Source: an uncultured bacterium
GTDB taxonomy: Bacteria > Macinerneyibacteriota > Macinerneyibacteria > Macinerneyibacteriales > DSCS01
Assembly: GCA_964548195.1 (NCBI GenBank)
Contig: CAZJQC010000007.1
Coordinates: forward strand, 3,219-67,218
Direction: 5' to 3'
DNA: 64,000 nt
A program made the position numbers and the translations under genes. Positions within the stretch are counted from its first letter, which is position 1. Each line of letters begins with the position of its first letter. This document shows, in pieces, positions 57,121 through 64,000 of this stretch. The notes below the pieces were generated by a model that was not told where the DNA came from, ran no database searches, and saw only the letters and a list, made by a program, of their open reading frames with translations.

Positions 57121-58230
57121 TCAATTTTTATATGATTTTTTATAGAATGGCGTCTTGACGATAACGGCTTTTTTAAGCTTGCCTCTGACATCGATGAATA
57201 TCTCATTGCCCATTTTATGATGCGGCTTGTCTATGTAGGCAAGGCCGAGGTTTTTTTCCAGAAACGGGGCATATGAACCGCTTGTGACATAGCCGATCTC
57301 ATTGCCCTCCGCATCGCATACTTTCATGCCGTGGCGCGGGATGCCCCTGTCGGTCATCTCGAAGCCTCTTAACATCCTGCCGGTACCTTCCGCTATCTGG
57401 CGGGAGATGACCTCTTTACCGTTGTAAGAGTCCTTCTCGTCGTCGATGAAGAACTTCAGCACAGCCTCCACCGGAGTCGTGGTGTCGTCTATGTCATTGC
57501 CGTAAAGGGGAAGTTTCGCTTCAAACCTCAGCGTGTCCCGGGCGCCGAGGCCGCAGGGCTCTATTCCAAATTCTTTTCCGGCCTCCATGAGCATGGTCCA
57601 GACGGCAGGCGCGTCCTCGTTTTTCACCATGATCTCAAAGCCGTCCTCGCCGGTATATCCCGTCCTGGATATCATGGGCGCATTTATACCGTCTATGGCG
57701 GCATTATGCAGCAGATAGAAAAAACCCAGCTTGTCGAGGTCGTCCCCGACCAGTTTCTGAAGCGTCTTCTCCGCGAAAGGCCCCTGAAGAGCTATGAGCG
57801 ACACCTCGTCTGAAAAATTTCTGAATATGTCAAGCTCCATGCCTTTCGCATTATCCTGCACCCATTGCCAGTCCTTATCCACATTGGAAGCATTGACTAC
57901 AAAATAAAAATGGTCTTCGGCCAATCTGTAGCAGAGTATATCGTCGACTATGGTGCCGTTTTCATAACACATGGGCGTGTAAAGGACCTGAAACAGGTCA
58001 AGTGTGGCCGCGTTATTCGTTATGAGCTTCTGTATCAGCTTCAACGCGTCCCGCCCTTTGATCTCAAATTGTCCCATATGCGAGACATCAAACAGTCCGA
58101 CCTTCTCCCTTACAGCCATATGCTCGGCTATGGTGCCTTTTCCATACTGTACGGGCATCTCCCATCCGGAAAAATCAACCATCTTTCCGTTTAATTCCCT
58201 GTGTAACGAGTTCAGCGCAGTGAGTCGCAT
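57121..58230 (-). CDS. gcvT: Glycine cleavage aminomethyltransferase T
   Basis: FSGWEMPVQY, GLFDVSHMG, SRTGYTGEDGFE, GLGARDTLRFEA. Confidence 0.96.
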   Translation of the reverse strand: MRLTALNSLHRELNGKMVDFSGWEMPVQYGKGTIAEHMAVREKVGLFDVSHMGQFEIKGRDALKLIQKLITNNAATLDLFQVLYTPMCYENGTIVDDILCYRLAEDHFYFVVNASNVDKDWQWVQDNAKGMELDIFRNFSDEVSLIALQGPFAEKTLQKLVGDDLDKLGFFYLLHNAAIDGINAPMISRTGYTGEDGFEIMVKNEDAPAVWTMLMEAGKEFGIEPCGLGARDTLRFEAKLPLYGNDIDDTTTPVEAVLKFFIDDEKDSYNGKEVISRQIAEGTGRMLRGFEMTDRGIPRHGMKVCDAEGNEIGYVTSGSYAPFLEKNLGLAYIDKPHHKMGNEIFIDVRGKLKKAVIVKTPFYKKSYKN

Positions 58231-58266
58231 AATATGCCTCCTTTGTATCACGGACTTCTTAGACAC

Positions 58267-58294
58267 ATTCTATGTCCCAATAATCCGTTGTCAA
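58267..58294 (-). promoter_or_regulatory. Predicted promoter of gcvT
   Basis: TTGACA-N16-TAGAAT. Confidence 0.7.
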
Positions 58295-58329
58295 TGATTT
58301 TCATGCCCTTTTCATCCCTCAAAAAAAGC

Positions 58330-58357
58330 TTGACAAAAAAATTGGCTGTGTTATATT
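58330..58357 (+). promoter_or_regulatory. Predicted promoter of the tRNA pair
   Basis: TTGACA-N16-TATATT with extended TG and an A-tract upstream. Confidence 0.75.
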
Positions 58358-58371
58358 TTCCCACGCATAAT

Positions 58372-58442
58372 TGGGGAGTCGTCTAATGGCAGGACAACGG
58401 ACTCTGACTCCGTTGGTGAGGGTTCGAATCCTTCCTCCCCAG
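58372..58442 (+). tRNA. tRNA-Gln(CTG)
   Basis: Acceptor TGGGGAG/CTCCCCA, anticodon arm ACGGA-CTCTGAC-TCCGT, T-loop TTCGAAT; CCA not encoded. Confidence 0.96.
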
Positions 58443-58446
58443 TTAC

Positions 58447-58519
58447 GGTCCCATCGTCTAGTGGCCTAGGACATCGCCCTCTCACGGCGGAGACAGGGGT
58501 TCGACTCCCCTTGGGACTA
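58447..58519 (+). tRNA. tRNA-Glu(CTC)
   Basis: Acceptor GGTCCCA/TGGGACT, anticodon arm TCGCC-CTCTCAC-GGCGG, T-loop TTCGACT; CCA not encoded. Confidence 0.96.
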
Positions 58520-58521
58520 TC

Positions 58522-58549
58522 AAAAGCCCGTTTCTAACGGGTTTTTTTT
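58522..58549 (+). terminator. Terminator after the tRNAs
   Basis: GCCCGTT-TCT-AACGGGT stem followed by a T-run. Confidence 0.8.
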
Positions 58550-58766
58550 ATATCATGCGCCGGCATCCGTCCGGGCCCGCACCCCAAAGACCCGCCTGGC
58601 TCACCCTTTCACCCTACCCCCGGCCCTCACTTCACGCTCAGGATAAATCACATCCTGGTTTAAATAACCGGTTTGGCAGATGATTAGGCAAATCAAGGAG
58701 AGAATAACAAATTTTTCTTGATTTTTATGTAATTTCAATTTAAAATACCTCAAAGTGAGGTCGTAT

Positions 58767-59333
58767 ATGTCTCTTGTTTTTCTTCTGATATCTGATGTGC
58801 TTCTGTTTATGATACTGCTGGTCCTCATCAGACAGCGAAAAAGCGGGGATGACGGCATCGCTTCCCGCCCGGTCACCACCGAGCAGGGCGAGAGGATACT
58901 TCGCCACACGGCAATACTCCCTCTGGGCATAAACAACGCATGGGCGCTTTTCTCTTCTGCTTCCGGCTTTCGTTCCTTTCTTTCCCCCATAGCGGACATA
59001 CAGATACGGGTCGGGGGCATGCTCGAGGCGAGTTTTGAGGAAAACGGACGCATCGGCTCATCCGACAACCTTGCGCTTGAGATCACAAGCTATCTCCCCC
59101 GGGAGATGATAGCAATGCGCATAGTGTCAACGCCTCAGGGTTTTCCTAATCCGGAGATCGCGAAACATCTCATCATAGTGATACAGCTTATACCTCTCAC
59201 GGACGGCAGAACAGAGATCGTCTATTCGATGCTGGGCTGGAAAGAAGGCCGCGTCTGGAACGACTTTTACGAGTTCTTCGATTACACGAACCAGCTGATA
59301 CTCCAGAACATACTTGAAAAAGCCTCGGCCTGA
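58767..59333 (+). CDS. SRPBCC/START-fold (AHSA1-like) protein with N-terminal TM anchor
   Basis: AW..F......F, VGG, SYLP, GW..G..W and a C-terminal helix; hydrophobic N-terminus. Confidence 0.6.
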   Translation: MSLVFLLISDVLLFMILLVLIRQRKSGDDGIASRPVTTEQGERILRHTAILPLGINNAWALFSSASGFRSFLSPIADIQIRVGGMLEASFEENGRIGSSDNLALEITSYLPREMIAMRIVSTPQGFPNPEIAKHLIIVIQLIPLTDGRTEIVYSMLGWKEGRVWNDFYEFFDYTNQLILQNILEKASA

Positions 59334-59364
59334 GGCCTCACGGCCTTTCAAGCCAAAGTTAAAC

Positions 59365-59392
59365 TTGCGTTCTGACGTGATTTATGTATAAT
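59365..59392 (+). promoter_or_regulatory. Predicted promoter of lptFG (leaderless geometry)
   Basis: TTGCGT-N16-TATAAT; ATG 6 nt downstream, no SD. Confidence 0.6.
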
Positions 59393-59398
59393 CCCCAC

Positions 59399-60703
59399 AT
59401 GCGTCTCTATTCTTCATTGAACAGATATATCATCAGAAAAATACTGCCCGTATATCTCATAAATCTTTTGATACTCACGACCCTGCTCATATTGGACAAG
59501 GTCTTTGAGATAGCGGACCTGGTGATAGCCAAAGGCATCCCGTTTATCATGGTCATGGAGCTTCTGGCCTACATAATACCCTCCCTGCTCTCACTGACAA
59601 TACCGATGTCCATCGTGATAACATATCTCATGGTCTACGGCGAGCTGGCGGGCAATCAGGAGATCATCGCCTGCTACAGCGGGGGCATACACCCCTACAG
59701 GCTGTTCAGACAGCCGTTCCTTTTCGCGGCCTTGATCACCGTGTTCCTGCTGTTTTTCAACACTACCGTGATGCCCCGGTCAAACTTTTCCGCGAAAAAG
59801 ATGCTCTTTGACATCAATGTCAAAAAACCGGCCGCAAATATCATCGAACACACCTTTGTGGATGATATAGAGGGGTACCGTCTCTATATTGAAAAGATAG
59901 ATTTTAAAAAAGGCACCTTAAAAGACATACTCATATACGACCAGGCCGACGACAACACCCTGCGCACCATTGTAGCCCGCAGCGGGCGGCTTATATCGGA
60001 CACAAAAAACGGACTCCTGACCTTTATACTCAATGACGGCTCCATATATGAGACCGACAAAAACGACAAGGCGAAATTGATAAAAATCGATTTCAACGAG
60101 CAGGCGATCACCATAGCATACGAAAATGGAAATAAAAAGAACTGGGCCGCGAAAGGCGACAGGGAACTTACAAACAGCGAGATCGTCGAAAGCATAAAAA
60201 AAATAGAAAAATTGCTCGGCCCGGTCGAACAGGAGGAACAAAAATACCGGAAACAGCTGGCGGAATCCGGACTGGACCCCGAAGAGATGCGGCGCATAGA
60301 AGTGTTTTACCAAAAGCTTAAAAACAATATACAGAGCCAGTACAAGAAAATAAACAAACTGCTCATAGAATATCACAAAAAGTTCGCCCTGTCTGTTTCC
60401 CCAATCATATTCGCATTTATCGCTTTCCCTCTGGGAATAATAACAAGACGGAGGCAAAAGGGTTACTCATACGTGATAAGCATAGTCGTCTTTCTTTTTT
60501 ACTGGATATCCCTGATCGGAGGAGAAGCGCTGGGCGACAGAGGCTACATCAGCCCGTTTCTTGCCATGTGGTTCGCCAATATAATCCTTGCTGTTTTCGC
60601 AGTATACCTTAATTACCTTATTCTTCGGGGCCATTTTTATTTTACATTCGCCTTCTGGAATAAAGCCGGGGAGAAAATAATTGCTGTCTTTAAAAAAAAT
60701 TGA
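59399..60703 (+). CDS. lptF: LPS export permease LptF/LptG family
   Basis: LTIPMS, YGEL..NQEIIA..SGGI, EYHKKFALS, cytoplasmic-membrane TMs plus beta-jellyroll. Confidence 0.85.
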   Translation: MRLYSSLNRYIIRKILPVYLINLLILTTLLILDKVFEIADLVIAKGIPFIMVMELLAYIIPSLLSLTIPMSIVITYLMVYGELAGNQEIIACYSGGIHPYRLFRQPFLFAALITVFLLFFNTTVMPRSNFSAKKMLFDINVKKPAANIIEHTFVDDIEGYRLYIEKIDFKKGTLKDILIYDQADDNTLRTIVARSGRLISDTKNGLLTFILNDGSIYETDKNDKAKLIKIDFNEQAITIAYENGNKKNWAAKGDRELTNSEIVESIKKIEKLLGPVEQEEQKYRKQLAESGLDPEEMRRIEVFYQKLKNNIQSQYKKINKLLIEYHKKFALSVSPIIFAFIAFPLGIITRRRQKGYSYVISIVVFLFYWISLIGGEALGDRGYISPFLAMWFANIILAVFAVYLNYLILRGHFYFTFAFWNKAGEKIIAVFKKN

Positions 60704-61790
60704 CCTGTACGTCTCTTCCATTTTCTGGAAGATATTCGCATATACTGCCATCAGCTTTCTGCTGATCAATATCATAGTCGATCTTTTCGACCGGCTTAAG
60801 ATGTTCCTGGACAATCACGCCGCGTTCTATTATTATTTTTACTACTATCTGATAAAGAGCCCCTATCTGCTCAATTTCATACTGCCTATCGCCACCATAT
60901 TCGCGGCCATAGTCACCATGCACCGTCTTATAAAAAACAATGAGATCATAGTGATGTTCAACGCCGGCCTGAGCTATGTAAGGATAGCCATTCCCGTTAT
61001 CATATCCGGTTTTGTGATCAGCATAGGCGGGTTTATATTGAGCGAGATCATAATACCCGGGGCAAATTATAAAGTCGACGAAGTCGAGGCACGCATCAAA
61101 AAGAAGGCCTTTGTAAGAAAAGGCGATAAAGACGATTTTTCCTACAAGGGGAAAAAAGGGCTGATATACAGCATCAGCCATTACGACAATGACCTTCGCC
61201 AGATCAGCGGAGTGCTTATCGAAAAATGGGACCACAACGCCATCAGCTACCGCGCGGATATTGCAAAGGCGACATATGCGGACGGATACGGCTGGCTATG
61301 CGAACAGGTGTATATAAAACTCTTTGATGAAGCCGAAGAAGAGCTGCCGGTATCCGTTGAACAGCCTATTGAAAGGATCATACTGAAAGTCTCCGAAGTC
61401 CCGGGCGATTTTGCAAAGAACGTGAAAAAATACGATGAGATGAACTTCATGGAGCTCAACCGCTTTATAAACGCCGGCAAAAAGTCCGGTATAGATGTCA
61501 AAAAATTCCTCGTGGAACTGTATATGAAGTTTTCCTTCCCGCTCATATCCTTTCTTGTCACGCTGCTCGGACTGGGAATAACCATAATAAACCCCAGGAT
61601 GAGCCTTTCCACCATCATAGGCGTGTCGCTGGGACTCAGTTTTATGTTCTGGGGATTCATAGCGACCTTCAAGTCGCTCGGCATGTCGGGGCGCCTTGCT
61701 CCCCTTCCCGCGGCGTGGCTTCCGGATATATTTATGGTGCTTATGAGTCTGTACCTCATACTCTCAAAACAGAGAAGCACCTTCAAATGA
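60681..61790 (+). CDS. lptG: LPS export permease LptG
   Basis: KIDLYV, NNEIIVMFNAGLS, LYMKFSFPL, AAWLPD. Confidence 0.85.
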   Translation: MLSLKKIDLYVSSIFWKIFAYTAISFLLINIIVDLFDRLKMFLDNHAAFYYYFYYYLIKSPYLLNFILPIATIFAAIVTMHRLIKNNEIIVMFNAGLSYVRIAIPVIISGFVISIGGFILSEIIIPGANYKVDEVEARIKKKAFVRKGDKDDFSYKGKKGLIYSISHYDNDLRQISGVLIEKWDHNAISYRADIAKATYADGYGWLCEQVYIKLFDEAEEELPVSVEQPIERIILKVSEVPGDFAKNVKKYDEMNFMELNRFINAGKKSGIDVKKFLVELYMKFSFPLISFLVTLLGLGITIINPRMSLSTIIGVSLGLSFMFWGFIATFKSLGMSGRLAPLPAAWLPDIFMVLMSLYLILSKQRSTFK

Positions 61791-61841
61791 TAATATTGAC
61801 ATGCGCATACCGTTGAGTTATTCTAATCCTGAAAGGATTCT

Positions 61842-63557
61842 ATGAAAGAGATCAGGCATTTGCTGAAATATCTGAGGGGATACGAAGCTTACTATCCCGT
61901 GGCAATCATATTCATGCTGGTGCTGGCGGCAAGCCAGAACCTCCTCGCCATCATCATAAGGGATTTTATCGACCTTGCCCTGGATGACGTAAACATGCTG
62001 AGATCCATTATATTCATAGGCGCCATAAACGCATTGATACTCTTTTTCTCGAAGTTCGGTCAGGATTATACGCTCAACTTCCTGGCGGAGAACCTGCTGG
62101 TCAGGCTGAAAAACGACGTGCTGGGAAAGATCTTGTACCTTCCCATGAAATTCTTTAAAAACTCACAGTCGGGCGACATCATATCCCGCCTTACAAACGA
62201 CGTATCCAATATACAGAACTTCATGCGGCGCGGCGTCGTCGACATCGTCATGAACGTCTCAACGCTGGCGGGCGCAATAGCCATAATGATATTTATGAAT
62301 GCGAGACTTTTTCTGATCATGCTGGGAGTGCTTCCCGCCATCGTCATCATCATATACTTTTTGGGCATCTTTGTAAAAAAATATACCCTGATCACCCAGG
62401 CTCTCATGTCCCGCACCGTCTCCATACTTCAGGAAATAGTACAGGGCATGGAGGTTGTAAAGATATTTTCCTCCGAGAAAAAGGAAAGCAAGCGCTATCG
62501 CAGCGCCAATTCGGAATATCTCAGCAAAAAACTGAAAGAGATACGGGTGACCGCCATGACACTGCCGATCATGGAAGTGCTCGGCTACACCGCCCTGCTG
62601 CTTATTTTCTGGTTCGGCGGCAAAGAGGTCATCGCCGGCAAGATGAACGTGGGTGAGTTCATGGCCTATCTTGTGGCTGCGGCAAACGCCTCAACTCCTA
62701 TAAGAAGGCTTTCATCCCTGCACATAGTGCTTCAGAGGACAGCCGCTTCCGCCGAAAGGCTTTTCGAGATCATGGACGTGGACAATCCCATACTTAAAAA
62801 CGAAGGTGAATACGAACCTGATTCCATAGACGGTACCGTTGAGTTCAAGGATGTCTCTTTCTGCTATACCGACGGCGAAAGCACACTCGCTGAGATCAGC
62901 ATAAACGTGAAAAAAGGCGAAGTCGTCGCCCTTGTGGGGCCGAGCGGAGGAGGCAAAACGACACTTGTCAACCTTATACCCCGCCTTTACGATACAAACA
63001 CCGGCGCCATCTTCATAGACGGCACCGACATAAAACAGTTCAAGCTGTCGAACCTCCGTTCACATATAGCCATGGTAAGCCAGTCAAACTATCTCTTCTC
63101 CGGTTCCATACGCGATAATATCTCATACTCAAAACCGGACGCTTCAGAAGATGAGGTCATAAACGCCGCGAAAGCTTCTTACGCCCATGATTTTATACTC
63201 CACCTTCCCCACGGCTATGACACCGAGATCGGCGAACGCGGTGTAAAACTCTCCGGCGGTCAACGCCAGCGCATAGCCATAGCGCGCGCCATAATGAGAG
63301 ATCCCGCCATACTGATCTTCGACGAAGCCACCTCTGCCCTTGACAGCGAATCGGAAAAATTCGTGCAGGAGGCCATTAACAACCTTATATCAGAGAGGAC
63401 CACGTTTATAGTCGCGCATCGGCTCTCAACCATTCAAAACGCGGATAAAATAGTCGTGATCGACGATGGAAAGATCGATTCCGTGGGAACGCATGAAGAA
63501 CTGATACGTGTCTCCCCGCTATACAAGAAACTGTATTCCATACAGTTTCAGCTTTGA
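61842..63557 (+). CDS. msbA: ABC transporter, fused TMD-NBD (MsbA-like lipid flippase)
   Basis: GDIISRLTND, GPSGGGKT, LSGGQRQR, DEATSALD; follows lptFG; its own predicted promoter TTGACA-N17-TATTCT. Confidence 0.8.
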   Translation: MKEIRHLLKYLRGYEAYYPVAIIFMLVLAASQNLLAIIIRDFIDLALDDVNMLRSIIFIGAINALILFFSKFGQDYTLNFLAENLLVRLKNDVLGKILYLPMKFFKNSQSGDIISRLTNDVSNIQNFMRRGVVDIVMNVSTLAGAIAIMIFMNARLFLIMLGVLPAIVIIIYFLGIFVKKYTLITQALMSRTVSILQEIVQGMEVVKIFSSEKKESKRYRSANSEYLSKKLKEIRVTAMTLPIMEVLGYTALLLIFWFGGKEVIAGKMNVGEFMAYLVAAANASTPIRRLSSLHIVLQRTAASAERLFEIMDVDNPILKNEGEYEPDSIDGTVEFKDVSFCYTDGESTLAEISINVKKGEVVALVGPSGGGKTTLVNLIPRLYDTNTGAIFIDGTDIKQFKLSNLRSHIAMVSQSNYLFSGSIRDNISYSKPDASEDEVINAAKASYAHDFILHLPHGYDTEIGERGVKLSGGQRQRIAIARAIMRDPAILIFDEATSALDSESEKFVQEAINNLISERTTFIVAHRLSTIQNADKIVVIDDGKIDSVGTHEELIRVSPLYKKLYSIQFQL

Positions 63558-63564
63558 GCCGCCT

Positions 63565-64000
63565 TCAGTTACCGGAGTTCGGAGATATCCAGTCCACGGA
63601 CATGTTCGGTATCATCATCTCAGAGATATAGACATCTTTGTTTATTATGAAGAACACGGCTTCAGCCACGGAAAAAGGCGATATCAGGCTTTCCCGGGAG
63701 GGCTTTCTGCGCATACCCTCGATAAATGAGGTGTCCGCCATGCCCGGATAGATCTCACTCACCCTTATGCCGTTTCGGCAGTTTTCCCTTCTGACGGTAT
63801 CGGCAAACCCTCTCATGGCAAACTTAAACGGGGAATACAAAGCGCCGTAGGCGCTGGTCTCAAGCCCTGACCTGGAATTGATATTGATGATCCAGCCTCT
63901 GCCTTTTTTTCTCATCGCATCGACCGTTTTACTGATAAGCATGGCCGGGACCCTGAAATTGGAAAGATATGACATATCCATGCTCTCCTCGTCAAAGTCA
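63565..64000 (-). CDS. SDR family oxidoreductase, C-terminal part (runs off the right edge)
   Basis: ININS, YSPFK (YxxxK), YPGMADT; frame open to the window end. Confidence 0.85.
   Translation of the reverse strand, partial: DFDEESMDMSYLSNFRVPAMLISKTVDAMRKKGRGWIININSRSGLETSAYGALYSPFKFAMRGFADTVRRENCRNGIRVSEIYPGMADTSFIEGMRRKPSRESLISPFSVAEAVFFIINKDVYISEMMIPNMSVDWISPNSGN

Noticed and set aside
58231-58330. Glycine riboswitch upstream of gcvT
   Set aside because: The predicted leader is only about 30 nt and shows no aptamer motifs.
58595-58620. AGGGTGAAAGGGTG on the minus strand, resembling a segment of RNase P RNA
   Set aside because: The universally conserved rnpB elements (GAGGAAAGTCC, the following CGGTAAGAG, AGAACCCGGCTTA) are absent and the gap is too short.

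Overview
A 64 kb chromosomal backbone segment from a diderm, LPS-producing and probably anaerobic bacterium. Envelope evidence: LptF/LptG, an MsbA-type flippase, a GT9 heptosyltransferase, an OmpP1/FadL beta-barrel, and a DnaK carrying the diderm-type N-terminal insert. Lifestyle evidence: a membrane pyrophosphatase, an Fe-ADH-family protein, TldD/PmbA, CstA and asparaginase. Most genes are on the minus strand. Housekeeping blocks are hppA (partial), mutS2, rrf2-nadA, ffs-dnaX-ybaB-recR, hrcA-grpE-dnaK-dnaJ and groES-groEL (both with CIRCE), topA-xerC-hslV-rph-rdgB, ktrBA-asparaginase-rlpA-ABC-F, gcvT, tRNA-Gln/tRNA-Glu and lptFG-msbA. I found no IS, prophage, integron or CRISPR array. Best candidates for new biology: (1) a tandemly duplicated four-gene cassette of uncharacterised membrane proteins (43.3-50.4 kb, DUF6754-like) next to tldD/pmbA, each copy with its own predicted promoter and terminator, which looks like a membrane complex with no assigned function; (2) three adjacent proteins that appear to have lost catalytic residues (a 1686-aa pseudokinase-STAND-TPR-GGDEF protein, an Fe-ADH fold lacking two metal histidines, and an M28 lipoprotein lacking zinc ligands); (3) a CstA operon with a cysteine-free Get3/ArsA-like ATPase; (4) a four-zinc-site membrane protein with L7/L12-like repeats coupled to a minimal ComEC; (5) an A10 run in dnaX with nearby stops in both shifted frames; (6) a recurrent 16-bp promoter spacer and several apparently leaderless genes. 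All family assignments come from motif recognition by eye; no searches were run.
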